A stretch of 64,000 nt of DNA. Origin: Eledone cirrhosa. Taxonomy: Eukaryota. Within the stretch, counting starts at the first letter, position 1; each line of letters begins with the position of its first letter. The translations under genes and the position numbers were made by a program. Positions 1 through 12,593 of this stretch are shown here, piece by piece. The notes beneath the pieces are model-generated. The model saw only the letters and a program-made list of their open reading frames with translations, was not told where the DNA came from and did no database searches. The stretch lies in the NCBI GenBank assembly GCA_964016885.1, contig OZ024743.1:63550001-63614000 (forward strand), in the 5' to 3' direction.

Positions 1-79
1 ATTACAAAAACAGGTTGCAACATGAATGTAGGAGTTTAAATGGAAGTGCAGAAAATAATTAACCATAATAATATGTCAC

Positions 80-297
<218 letters not shown>

Positions 298-299
<2 letters not shown>

Positions 300-760
300 T
301 CATCATCATCATCATCATCAACGTTTAACGTCCGTGTTCCACGCTTGCATGGGTTTGGACGGGGGTAGTCCCACTTGAGGCAAGAGTGATTGTCTTGCTC
401 GCATAGGACTGTCTGGAAGGTTTTCTACAGTTGGATGCCCTTCCTAACACCAACCACATTTACAGTGTGGGTCTGGGAGGTTTTTACCGTGTTGCCTACA
501 CGGCCACATTACAGCGTGGACTGTGTGTTTTTTTGTCGTGACACCTACACGATCTCATTTGTTTCGGCCTGGATGGCGCGGCACCAACATAACTTTACAT
601 AGAACGGGGTGGTGTGGATGGGGTGGGGGTGGTGGCGGGACGGGGTGTATTTTGTTAGAGATGCCTACTGGCAAGGCGGGTCTTCTCTGTTACTGAGTAC
701 CGCCAAAGGTCTCGGTCCAGTGACATTGTCTTGGAGAGGTGTAAGTGTGTGAGGTCGGAA
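298..760 (-). mobile_element. RTE-clade LINE family R1, 5'-truncated 3' stub with (GAT)n tail
   Basis: (CAT)n at 298-320, then sequence closely matching 53735-54225; encodes the ORF C-terminus SDLTHLHLSKTMSLDRDLWRY; flanked by (TA)n on both sides. Confidence 0.85.
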
Positions 761-802
761 TATATATATATATATATGCATGTATATATATATATATATA
801 TG

Positions 803-841
<39 letters not shown>

Positions 842-843
842 AT

Positions 844-1967
844 GAAAGGAGTAGGCAGAAACTCCATTTTATGTCCCAAATGCAAAGTATGGGTGCATAA
901 AAGATGTAGTGGGATCACAGGTAAGCTAACTAAGAACATAGATTTTATATATGTGGCCAGTGCTCTGGTGCAATAAGTAGCAGCAAGTGCCCACAGAATA
1001 CTAGCTCATTCCATTGCACAGATGGTTCTATAGAAATAGTGGACACCTTCAGTTACTTGGGTGACAAAATCAGCAGTGGTGGAGGGTGCTCTGAAAGTAC
1101 AGTAGCTAGTGTCAGAACTGGATGGAAAAAGTTCAGAGAGCTTATACCACTATTAGCTGCTAAACGGTTCTCTCTAAAAATGAAAGGCAGGCTGTATGAT
1201 GCCTGCATACGAACAGCAATGTTACATGGCAGTGAGACCTGGGCATTGTGTGCAGAGGATATACGCAGACTGGAGAGAAACGAAGCTTGCATGGTCCGTT
1301 GGATGTGTAATAGTAATATACGTGAACGGCAAAGCATAAACGAACTAAGGGAAAAATTAGAAATATGAGGGATCAGATGTTGTTTACTCGAGAGAAGACT
1401 ACGTTGGTACGGTCACGTGATGCGCATGAAAGACGACAGCTGTATAAAAAAGTGCAGGGCAATAAAAATAGACAGTAGCCACGGAGTAGGCAGACCCAGA
1501 AAAACCTGGGATGACCTGATAAATTCCGACCTCACACACTTACACCTCTCCAAGACAATGTCACTGGACCGAGATCTTTGGCACTACACAGTAATACAGA
1601 AGACCCGCCTTGCCTAAGTACAAAGCGAAACCTACAGTCAGTAGGCACCTCTTAACAAAAATACACCCCGTCCCACTACCCCCACCCCATCCACACCACC
1701 CCTTTCAATGTAAAGTTATGTTGGTACCACAACATCCAGTCCGAAACAAATGAGGTCGTGTAGGTGTCATGACAAAAAAAACACACAGTCCACGCTGTAA
1801 TGTGGCCGTGTAGGTAAAAACCTCCCAGTCCACACTGTAAACGTGGTTGGTGTTAGGAAGGGCATCTAGCCATAGAAAACCCGCCAGACAGTCCTATGCG
1901 AGCAAGACAACCATTCTTGCCTCAAGTGGGAAAACTCCCGTCCAAACCCATGCAAGCATGGAAGATG
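844..1967 (+). mobile_element. RTE-clade LINE family R1, 5'-truncated, degraded
   Basis: Fragments GVGRNSILCPKCKVWVHKRCSG, FSYLGD, LHGSETW, GRPRKTW; 3' UTR is the reverse complement of 320-760; flanked by (TA)n. Confidence 0.88.
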
Positions 1968-2424
1968 TATATATATATAAATACACAATGATACCTCGCA
2001 GTATGAATCTAATTCCTTCCATGACCGAGATCATTTTATGATTTACTCATTTTACAAATCAATTTTTCCCATTGAAATTAATTAAAATATATATAATCTG
2101 TTCCAGCCCCCCCAAAACCACCTGAAAATCATTTTTTATGGGTTTTAAAACAGAAAAGGTGCAGTTACAAGAAAAATTACAATTATAAAAACATAATAAA
2201 AGAGAAGACAAAAGAAATATGTAAACTGGTTTTATTAATTGTATGAAACTTGCTCATACTGCGGATTTCCACTTGTACTACAAGACAAAAATTCGCACAA
2301 GCCTCAGCTCATACAGCAAATTATTTGTACAATGGGGCACTCGTACTGCGAGGTTTAGCATCACACCTGAATAAACTTAATGAAAATTTGACACCTCGTC
2401 CATACTTATTATTATCATCATATA

Positions 2425-2612
2425 GGGCAGTGAATTGGCAGTATCGGTAGAGGGTTGGACGCCATGCTTTGATGCATAGAGTTACGGCCCTTGCCATTCT
2501 GAGTTCAAATCCCGCCTAGGTTAACTTTGCCTTTCATCCTTACGGGGTCGATAAAATAAAGTACCAGTAATGTACTGGGATAATTGCTGGCCTTGTGCCA
2601 AAAGTAGAAACA
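2425..2612 (+). mobile_element. tRNA-derived SINE family S1, full length, with TSD
   Basis: A-box-like TGGCAGTATCGG, B box GAGTTCAAATCCC, central GCCTTTCATCCTTACGGGGTCGATAAAA, 3' end CCTTGTGCCAAAAGTAGAAACA; direct repeat ATTATTATCATCATATA(G) at 2408-2425 and 2613-2630. Confidence 0.9.
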
Positions 2613-3188
2613 ATTATTATCATCATATAGAAATATATATATATAGAATATATATATATATATATATACACACACATATATATATATATGGAGTATCGCT
2701 AAAAGTATGGCCGGAGTATTGCTAAAAGCTTTCTCCGATAATGTATTTATTTATATATATATATATATATATTTTGGTGCGCCCGGCTGACTAAACTCAC
2801 TCGATATGCAAATTAGGCTGCTCAGCCATTAATATGCATAAGGAAAGTATATACTTTCAGACGTTCAACCATCTGGCAAGAAGGTATACGATGTTGACGA
2901 TAGCTAATAAGCTTGAAACTACTACATCGTTCCTGTGTCAGTATTGAACAAAAAGGTGATGTGGTTGCATAATTCGGGCTATTTGTTTGTTTACAAACAA
3001 ACCGAGCATTATAATAAATGTTCGGTAAACTGATACGTGCATATATATATGTGTGCATGTATGTATATATATACATACTACTGTACGTCTGTATACATAT
3101 ATGTATGTACGTATACATACATACATACTTACATTTAAGTAACTGCCGTACTAAGAGTGAGAAAGGAAATTTCGTTTCATTCTATTCC

Positions 3189-3229
<41 letters not shown>

Positions 3230-3940
3230 ATATATATATATAGGATTATGGTTTCCATTTATTAATATATTGTATATATAGAAATATATATGTGTCTTCA
3301 ACTCTTTAAAATTTTTGTGCAAACATTGACATACATATACACTCAATGCATTTCCTGTCTTAATCATGTTACAACAATAAGAAGTTCACTTTCCAATCAC
3401 AAGATCTGGAGTTCTAACCCTACATTTGTCCTTCTAAATAGTTATTTGTAAATATAAGCTGAACTTTCTATAATTATATCCTAGAAATAATTTTTATAGC
3501 CCTTTCTCCTACTTTCCTATACTGTCAGATGTGCCCTTCTCTACCTCCCCCCTTCTGTTGCTTGGTTTCATTTTTATCCATTTTTTCTTTTTTTCTTTTT
3601 CTTTCATATTTCCCTCAATATTTGCAATGTTATTGCGGACTGATTTATTGTCTGTAATTCTATTAAATTATTAAATAAATAAACTGACAATATTAAAAAA
3701 TAAAAGTTGACAGTCTGAAATATTAAAATATCATTCTAATTTTTAATCACTTCCATGTGCCAATCATCAATATAAACTATAGGGTTTCTCTTAGACAAAC
3801 CATTAATTTATCAAAACAAAAGCTTTCCAGTTTATCCAGTAATCCTGGCATACTAATTCTGAACTCCAAAAATTAAATATTTTCAATACAATTGCTATTA
3901 TTATTGATGGCATGAGTGCACTGGCAATGATAATAATAAT

Positions 3941-5976
3941 GATTTCATTTATTAGTCACAAGAGCCGACATGTAGGGGACAATACAAAGACAGAGACAGT
4001 GGGGGTTTACAATAAGGTCGAGTAAAAGTGCACGATGGCAAGACTAATTTAACAATGAAGATATAAAAATATAAAATAAACTATGCATAAATATAACAAA
4101 ATAAATTCCCCGATAGGGGGTGGACGACCCTGGGGTGACTCGGGTACCCCACCAATCCTGAACCGCTTGGTAGAGGGCAGTGAGTGCCTGGCAACATTCC
4201 AGGTGCCAGTCACCCAGTCTCGGTCTCTTCTTGACCCAGGACTGCAGCTCAGTCAGAGAAATGAGCTGCGGAAAGGCCCGTCTGATAAACGGCGACCATA
4301 CCTGTTCACCGTTGAGGCAGAATATCTGGAGATGTCGCAGCCTCAACGCATGTCTGCGCATCATTAGCCACGGCATGCCCAGCCCTCCGTGTAGAGGGTG
4401 CTGGCAACAGATGGACCGCCTCACCAACGGAACTTGATGAGGTGTGGACGGGGGCAAGGCACGATGGTCAGGCGGTAGTAGATGACGGATGCGATGTACG
4501 CATTCGCCACCTCCGCGCGACCTTTCAATGATAGCTTCCTCCCAGCCCATTTTTGGGTGAGACTGGCTACTATGCTCGTTACCTCGTCCCAATTCTTTTC
4601 CACCTGGAGGTCTGGTCCGAACCAAACCCCGCGCGACTTTACCGGTCCGTCCGTCCAGCGCCCCACAACGCTGTTGGACAGCATGGGATTGCCTCTCCAG
4701 ATTCCGAGCTGCAAGCCCACTGACATTTCCGGGTTAAGTTTGGCTCCTGTCAACCTTTCATATTCCTTCAATAAAGTGCCAACCACCTCGATTTCTGAGG
4801 TGTTCGACACCATCATGGTGATGTCGTCCGCATAAGCCAACACCGCCTTTCCACACCCCGTTTGAGCAGGATGCCCTGCAACAGCTCCAGCTTCAGCAGT
4901 AAAGGCTCGAGAGTCAATATGTACAGAAGGGAAGAGAGAGGGCACCCTTGACAGACCAATCGGGAGAGCCGAAATGGTTCCGAGAGGTGGCCATTAACCT
5001 TGACCACCGAGCGTGTGCCGCTGTGCATTGCAGCAATCCAGCTTCTGAAGACAGGACCGAAGCCAGCTGCTTTGAGGACAAACTCCAGATACCGATGGTC
5101 GACCCTATCGAATGCTCTCGATTGATCTAAATTGATCAGTGCCCCACTGAAGCCAGGTTTACACCCTACCCTCTCTATGATGTATCGCATGAGGTGGAGA
5201 TCGTCATGTATGGACCTGGCTGGGATTGTGCAAGTTTGTGCCTCCTGAACCAAATCCTCGACGACAAGCGCCAATCTCTTTGCTAGCACCTTGGCCAAAA
5301 TCTTAAACTCTGTGTTGAGCAGAGTTATGAGCCTGAAGTTGTCTAATGTATCCCTCTTGTTCTCGTCTTTCCTTATCAGTGTCACCACTCTCCTACTCAC
5401 AGAACTGGGAATACTCCCATTCTGCTGCCAGTTGCAGTAGAGTGCTTCGAGGAGATCGGAGAACAAGTCTGGCATATTTACGTAAAGCTCGTAGGGCAGG
5501 CCATCCAAACCGGGTGACTTGCGCCTCATGCAGCTGACAAGGGCGTCCTGAATTTCAGCTGAAGTAATCGGCCTTTCGCAGCGCTCAGCGTCGAGCGTCG
5601 AGATGCGCGGAAAGCCATCAAGGTAGGGACTGAAATCCGCTACTCTCTCTGACTCGTCACTCTCCCCGAACAACCGAGCAAAGTGCTGGCGAAAGGCCTC
5701 ACACATCCGCTTGGAATCGTTTATCTCGTGTCCGTCTCGGTTCACCAAAGACCGAATTGTGGTTTTATTACCATGCTGCACCTCCGCCATGCAGGCCCAT
5801 TGAACAGCTTTGGTTCCCTCATTTCTCAGTGCACCGCCTTAGCTCTGACAATGCAACCTTCGTGTTTCGCATTGAAGAAATGGTCTAATGCCATTCTTGC
5901 CGCTAACACGTCAGTTGCAATGCCACTACAAGAAGCCTCGTCTAACTTATCTATCAGCTCCCCCTCCTTTCTATTT
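3941..5976 (-). mobile_element. Tx1/L1-clade LINE, 5'-truncated, frameshifted and internally deleted copy
   Basis: ORF fragments 4813-5790, 4421-4945 and 4044-4625 are homologous to the intact ORF2 (KSPGLDG, LDQSRAFDRV, YADD); putative TSD TGATAATAATAAT at 3928-3940 and 5977-5989. Confidence 0.92.
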
Positions 5977-5992
5977 TGATAATAATAATAAT

Positions 5993-6197
5993 TTGTAATT
6001 TTAGCAGAAGACCAGCGAGTTAGGTGAATGGAAAGTTGTTTATATCAACCCCAGTACTTTACTGGTACTTATTTTTTTGATCTCAGAAGGATGAAATGCA
6101 AAGTTTACCTCAGCAGGTAATCAGAATGTAAAAAGGTGAACCCAATGCTGCAAAGCATTTCTACCAACACTCTAACGATTCTGTCAATCCACCACAT
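5993..6197 (-). mobile_element. SINE S1-related, older diverged copy
   Basis: Degenerate AAGGATGAAA.GCAAAGTT core and head; preceded by (AAT)4. Confidence 0.7.
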
Positions 6198-6207
6198 ACT
6201 AATAATT

Positions 6208-6395
6208 GTTTCTACTTTTGGCACAAGGTCAGCAAATACTTCAGTGCATTACTGGTGCTTTATTTTATTGACCCCGTAAGGATGAAAGGCAAAATTAACC
6301 TCAGCGGGATTTGAACTTAGATCATAAAGGGCCATAACTCTATGCTACAAAGTATGGCGTCCAACCCTCTACAGATACTGCCAATCCACCGCCCT

Positions 6396-6396
<1 letters not shown>
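6208..6396 (-). mobile_element. SINE S1, full length
   Basis: Reverse complement of 2425-2612; bounded by AAT repeats. Confidence 0.88.
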
Positions 6397-6432
<36 letters not shown>

Positions 6433-6679
6433 GTTTCTTTATTGGCCACAAGGACTGACAGGAAGAAAGACATTAGAGACGGCCGAGGACGATACAATGT
6501 GGGTTTTGGCCATGTAAAAAAGGTTATAACAAGATAGAAATATCAAAAAAATCAAACAACAAAAAATTCCCCAATAGGGGGGAAACTTCCGAGGGTCACT
6601 CATGGCAAAAACCACACAAAAGACCACGGCCACCCTGCCCGCCAGGGCAAGCGCCCTCTCTTAGTTTTCCCACCCTCAG

Positions 6680-9600
6680 TCTACAGGCGCATACTCAGAG
6701 CGGGCCCATTCACTCGGACCAGATTCGCCACTTTCACCCACCTTTCAAGAAACTTACTAGAAGACAGCACTTGCCTCTCCACCCTGATTTTCCTCTTCAA
6801 GTGAAACTTGAAAAAGTTAATCGGGGATTGGCTGAAGAGGAAAGTGTCGTCTTCAACCCTTTCAACCTTGTCCACCACACAATCTCTTTCACTATAGCCA
6901 CCAGGCAGATGAAAACTGCCTGAGGTGTTATATGCACTATGGACTCAGTCGATAACAGGATCCATCCTACACGCGACAGTAGCTGTTCTACATAGCTCCA
7001 CAAGTCAGCAATGCTCGGGCACTGAACGAGTGCGTGCAGCAGAGTTTCGTCGCCCTGTGCGCATCTCGGACAGGCTTGGCTGACAGCACCTCCGTGCCTG
7101 TAGAGCTTATCCCGAACCGGCAACGCTTCCCAGAAGCACTGCCAGGCCAGGGATTTCTGGAAGTTGTCCATAGGCTCCAGTCTGAAAGTTATCTTGAAGA
7201 GAGCAAACAGCTGATCGTCTTCTACGCCCAGAGTCTCCCCAAGAACATTGTTGCTCTTTCCCTCGATTAGCCCTCTATAGAACGCCGAGGTGGATGTTCC
7301 ACTGATACTAGTGCCCAGCTGGTAGAGGGTAGGGAGTGCTTGGAAACATTCCAGCTTCCAAGCGCTATCCCTCTGTCTTTTCCTGATCCAGGACTGCAGC
7401 TCCGTCAAGGAGACGAGCTGGGGAAAAGCGCGTCTGGCAAACGGCGACCACACCTGTTCACCGCCAAGGAAGCACCAGAGATATCGCAGCCTCAGCGCAT
7501 GGTTGCGCATCATCAGCCACGGCATGCCTAGTCCTCCACGCAATGGGTATTGACAGCAAATGGATAGTCTGACCATAGGAGCACGTCCCTTCCACAAAAA
7601 GCGGAAGAGAAGGCGTTCCATTTTGGTCAGAGTTGGGCAGGGGCAAGGTACAACGGTCGGGTGGTAGCAGATGACGGACGGTATGTATGCATTCGCCACT
7701 CCGCCTGACCTTTCAGAGACATCATCCTCTCGGCCCATTTCTGGGTGAGAGAAGCCACCTTGCTCGTCACCTTGCTCCAGTTTTTCTCCATCTGGAGGTC
7801 CGGACCGAACCAGACCCCGAGCAATTTAACCAGTCCTTCTGTCCAGCGCCCCACAACACTTTTGGACGGCATGGACTTGCCTCTCCAGGTGCCGAGTTGC
7901 AAGCCCACTGACTTTTCCTGGTTTATCTTTGCTCCTGTCACCGCTTCGTATTCCTTGAGAGCGGCGCCGAGCATCTGGACGTGTTTGGTGCTCGACACCA
8001 CCATGGTGACGTCATCGGCGTAAGCATCCCAGTTCACGTGGGATCTCCCCTCATCGTCTCCAATTTGTTAAGTAACGGCTCTAGGGCCAGTACGTACAAG
8101 AGGGACGAGAGGGGCAACCCTGGCGGACCGAGCGCATGATGCTGAAATGCTGCGACAGGTGACCATTCACCCTTACAATCGAGCAGATGTCGCTGTGCAT
8201 CGCAGCGATCCAGCCCCTAAAAACGGGCCTGAAGCTGGCCACCTCGAGGACCGCAGCCAGGTACCGATGGTCGACCCTATCAAATGCTTTAGATTGATCC
8301 AAGTTGATCAGGGCCCCACCCATGTCAGGTTCCTTAACCACCCTCTCTATGATGTATCGCACGGGATGGATCTGTCCGGAATGGCGCAAGTCTGCGCCTC
8401 TCCCACCAGATCACTGATGACAAGCACCAATCTCTTTGCTAACACCTTGGCCAAAATCTTAAACTCTGCGTTTAGCAGAGTTATGGGCCTGAAGTTGTCT
8501 ATATTGTCCCCTTTGTTCGGGTCTTTTCTCAGCAGCATCCTCACTCCCCGGCTCACAAAGCTGGGAATGCTCCCGTTCTGCTGCCAATTGCAGTAGACAT
8601 CTGCCAAGAGGTTGCCGAACAAGTCTGGCATATTCGCATAAAGCTCGTAAGGCAGACTATCCAAACCTGGCGATTTACCCCTCGTACAGTCAGCAGTCAG
8701 ACATTGCTTCCCGTATTTCACCTGCTGTTATCGGCTTTTCGCAGCACTGCACTGCGGTCATCGAGAGCCGCACAGCTGTCCGCCGAGGTATGCATCGAAG
8801 TCCATACTCCGATCCGGCCTGCCGCCGCTCCCGAACAATTGAAAAGCTGCACACATCTGCTCGGGTTCGAGCAACATGCGCCCGTTTTGATCAGGCAAAG
8901 ACTGAATTGTGGACTTGTTGCCACATCGTGCCTCCACCACCTGGGCCCATTGAACGGCTTTCGCTCTAGCTCTGACAACGCAGCCTTCATGCTTTGCGTT
9001 GAAGAATTGGTCGAGTGCCAATCTCGCTGCAAGCACGTTGGTTGCGATGCCTGTCCTAAACGCCTCTTCTAGCTTTCTAACTAACTCTCCTTCTACTCTA
9101 TTTTCCTCTATCACTACTCCTTTGCTAAACCTTATCGATTCTACTCTAATAGCCCCTTTCAGAGTAAACCACCACCTGTTGTTGACGATCGCACCTGTCA
9201 ACGTACGCTTAACTAATTCGCTAATCCGGTCTCTGTAAGCTTTATGCGCCGGGAACGACGCATTCAGCTTCCAGTAGCCGGACCCTTGCCTATGGAGTCT
9301 ATCAAAGTCAACTTCACAGATCACAAATTTGTGGTCCGTGTAGTCGACTACTTTAAATTGTGGACAGCCTACACTAGCCTTATCTGTTTCCCTACAGAAT
9401 GCCCTATCTAAATATAATCTGGATGACCCGATGCGGTTTCCCCATATCCACATTGGCACATTCAGATAATCCAGTCTATACCTGTCAGACAGTTCAAAAC
9501 ATCTGAGCAGGTTGTTGAGGCTTTTACACCCTCCTGCCCTGTCTACTAGCCCCACATAATCCCAGCGTGCATCTAAGATAAATTTGGCCATCCTGCTCCT

Positions 9601-9943
9601 GTTGGGGCGTAGACGGCTACTAGCCTGACAGCATTGCCTTCGCTGCCAGTCATGTCCAGCACCACCGACTTACCGTCTGGGTCCAGAAAGATGGCCCGTA
9701 TGGCAAGATCCAAGCCTCTTCGAAAAAGCACGGCAACCCCTCCCCTTGAACCTGAATGGCTGGGAGATGCGTATACATCGTAGCCGCCGAAGATTGGTGC
9801 GAAGGCTCGTCCTTCGGAGATTCTGGTCTTGCTGATGGCCACCACATCTATATTTAGTGACCTGAAGTCGTTGAGCAGGTGACCCTGCTTCCAAGATTAC
9901 CCAGGCCACGTACATTTATACTGCCTATTCTAAGTATGGCCAA
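6680..9943 (-). pseudogene. ORF2 (APE endonuclease + RT + CCHC) of subfamily A, multiple frameshifts
   Basis: Pieces 9573-9845, 8758-9591, 8347-8721, 8081-8389, 7627-8037 and 6797-7738 are collinear with the intact 1139-aa ORF2. Confidence 0.92.
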
Positions 9944-9975
9944 GTTGGATGAGAAACGGGGTAAGTGAGAAAGGA

Positions 9976-11967
9976 TCACTTACCTTGATTTTGTGGTGAA
10001 GGGACAGTAGAATCGTCCCTTTGGCTGGTCATGGGTGTTTCCAAGAGGATGTCGGTGTAACTGACCCTCTGAAGTCTCCAACTACGTTGGGGAATTTTTC
10101 TTTTAACAGTTTGTAATGTTCTATTTTGATTTCAATTATGTTTATGTTTTTCGAGAGAGTTCTTGGTGTTGGTGGGGTGTAGTAATGTTTTTCTGTGATG
10201 TCTGTGTGCTGCTTTATATGTTGTAAGAGTTCTTTATTTGCCATGTTTATGACTGTGTACTTTTTGGGAGGAGGGGTGATTTTGTTTCTGTTTTCTTGTT
10301 GCTGTTGGGTGTGTGTGTTTTGTTGTGTTTGCGATGTTGGTGTTTTTGGTGATGCTGGTGGTGGTTTGGTTGTTGTTGGTGGTGATGCTTGTGGTGGTGA
10401 TGGTGATGGTGGTGGTGTTGCTGCAAGTCTCCTTGCAGCCTTTACCCCTCTTTGTCTACCTTCGCTTTTGGAGGGTGAAGCTAAGGGGTTTTTCCTTTTT
10501 TGTTTTTTTGTGGCAGACCGTTTGCCACTTCCCTCCCACCTCACACTCCATGTCGGATTCTGTGACGTCTGGGAGGGGTATGAGCTCCACTGCTGTTGGT
10601 GTTGGTAGTGGAGCCCTCTCCGGCGATTTTTCCGCCGGTGTAGCTACTGCGACTGTTGGTGTTGCCGCCACTGCTGCCGCTGTTTTAGTTGTCCGTGGCC
10701 TTGGTATGGGTGCCATGGACGTTGCCCTCCTACTCACCGTGGAAGGGTCTTCTGCCTCTGTTGCCTGCCCTGCTCTTGGTAGCAACGGATCAGGCGTTGG
10801 AAGGAGGGGGCCCTCTTATTGGCTGTCTTCTGCGGGCAGAAGGTCCTGAGGTGACCCTTCTGCCCACAGAGATAGCACTTTGGGCGCCTTCCTTCCATGC
10901 TTATAGGGAGTTGGAGCCCTTCTTCGAGGTCTATGATGTCTGGGATGGCCTCAATGCACTCCTGGTCAGTTTGTATTAGCATTTGCATGCCTATTCCTGA
11001 CCAGTTCTCTCTTCCCATTCCCTGTATTTGCAGTATGGTGGTCTTCTCCTCGATTCCAGCCAGTACAGACGCGGTCAGCCAAGGTATGGGCACGTTGGGT
11101 GGGACCTGGGTCACTTTGACCCTCCTAATTTTCTGCCCGCAGTAGGAGAGCACCAAGACTATCTCCTCACTCTTTAGGGTTTCCAAAGAGTGAGATTCCG
11201 CCTCTTGGAGGGTGGAAAAAAGTACGTCTACAGTGGCGTACTTTTTGCCTCGGGTGATGTGGGTTTTGCACGCCCAGACACACCCCAAGGCCTTTTGGAT
11301 TTGAGCGTCTGTGGCTCTCTCCACCTGATGTGACATTTTGCTTACAGTGCGGTAAGTCACCATGCGCAACTTTGAAGAAATCGGGTGGAGGTTTCAGGGA
11401 AACTCTATTGTCGTTTCTTGACACCATGGCTCTTGCGACTGCCATCTCCTCCTCCGTGACTAGCACTGTCTTTATATTTCGGGCCACATCTGCGAAAGAT
11501 GTGGCCCCTTTTTCAGCGGCACCATTATTGCTGCTACTACTGCTGCTACTGGCCTTGTTGTTGGTGCTGTTGTTATTGCTATTGCTACAAACGGTGTTGT
11601 TGGTGTTGTTGCTGTTATCACTGTTGTAGTTGGTTGTGTTTTTGGTGCCACCGTTGTTGTTGTTTTCGGTGCAATTTGTATTGTTGCTGTTGGTGTTGTC
11701 GTTGTTTATTTTCTTGTTAGTGGTATTAATATCGTTGTTGCATTTGTTGTCATTTTTTTCTGTTGTCTGTATTTTGGTTGACGCTGTTATTATTGTAGTT
11801 GGTGTGGTAATTTTTTCAAAATTCGTGTTCTCAGTGTTGTTGTCTTTGTTCACGTTGTTTGTGGTGGTGTTTGTTGTATGAATTTCACTAACCCTCCTCT
11901 CAACTGTTACGCCGTTGTCACACGACAGCAGGCATATTGCGGGGGGGGGGGGGGGGGGCTCAGCCAT
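9976..11967 (-). pseudogene. ORF1 (Gag-like nucleic-acid-binding protein) of subfamily A, frameshifted
   Basis: Pieces 11167-11967, 10734-11369, 10456-10785 and 10029-10544 share ERATDAQIQKALG, THITRGKKYATVDVLF and LPDVTESDMECEVG with the young ORF1. Confidence 0.9.
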
Positions 11968-12181
11968 GTTTTTTTTGTTTTTCTTTAAATTTTCAAAAGT
12001 AAAATGTTCAAATATTGTTCAAATATTTGGGCCCCTTCACAGGGCAAAGTCCCTTACACAACAAGAAAAATTTAACAACAAATAATTTTAACAGGCAAAT
12101 AAAGTGACTTACTGGGAGCGAGCAAAAGACGTCTGATTAGACCAATAATAATAATAATCATTTTCCAATAATAATAATAAT

Positions 12182-12284
12182 TGTTTCTACTTTTGGCGGG
12201 ATTTGAACTCAGAATGGAAAGGGACGTAACTATGCTAGAAAGCATGGCGTCCGACCCTCTACCGATACTGCCAATTCACCACCT

Positions 12285-12286
<2 letters not shown>
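12182..12286 (-). mobile_element. SINE S1, internally deleted (tRNA head fused to extreme 3' end)
   Basis: TGTTTCTACTTTTGG joined directly to CGGGATTTGAACTC; central domain absent; AAT tracts on both sides. Confidence 0.82.
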
Positions 12287-12333
<47 letters not shown>

Positions 12334-12593
12334 TTTCTTTATTAACCACAAGGGTTTACATAAAGTAGACATTAAGGACAGTGCAGGACAATGCAGGACG
12401 GTACAAATGGGCATTTCTGCGTGTAAAAAAACAAAAACAGAGGATGTAACAAAAATAACAATGAAAATAACAATGAAAAATTCCCCAATAGGGGGGAGAC
12501 TTCGGAGGGACATTTGTGGAGAAAGCCCAGTAAAAAGCCACAATGACCCTGACCACCAAGGCAAGTGCCCTCTCCCAGTTTTCCACCTTTAGT

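Larger units (their letters stand above)
6432..12143 (-). mobile_element. Tx1/L1-clade LINE, older subfamily A, apparently full length but degraded
   Basis: Broken ORF1 (ATG 11967, knuckle CYLCGQKGHLRTFC) and broken ORF2 (about 9943-6680); AATAAA near the 3' end; (AAT)n at 6397-6431 and 12144-12158. Confidence 0.93.

Noticed and set aside
2425-2512. Functional tRNA gene
   Set aside because: A/B boxes are present, but no complete cloverleaf is evident and it is followed by the SINE body and TSD.
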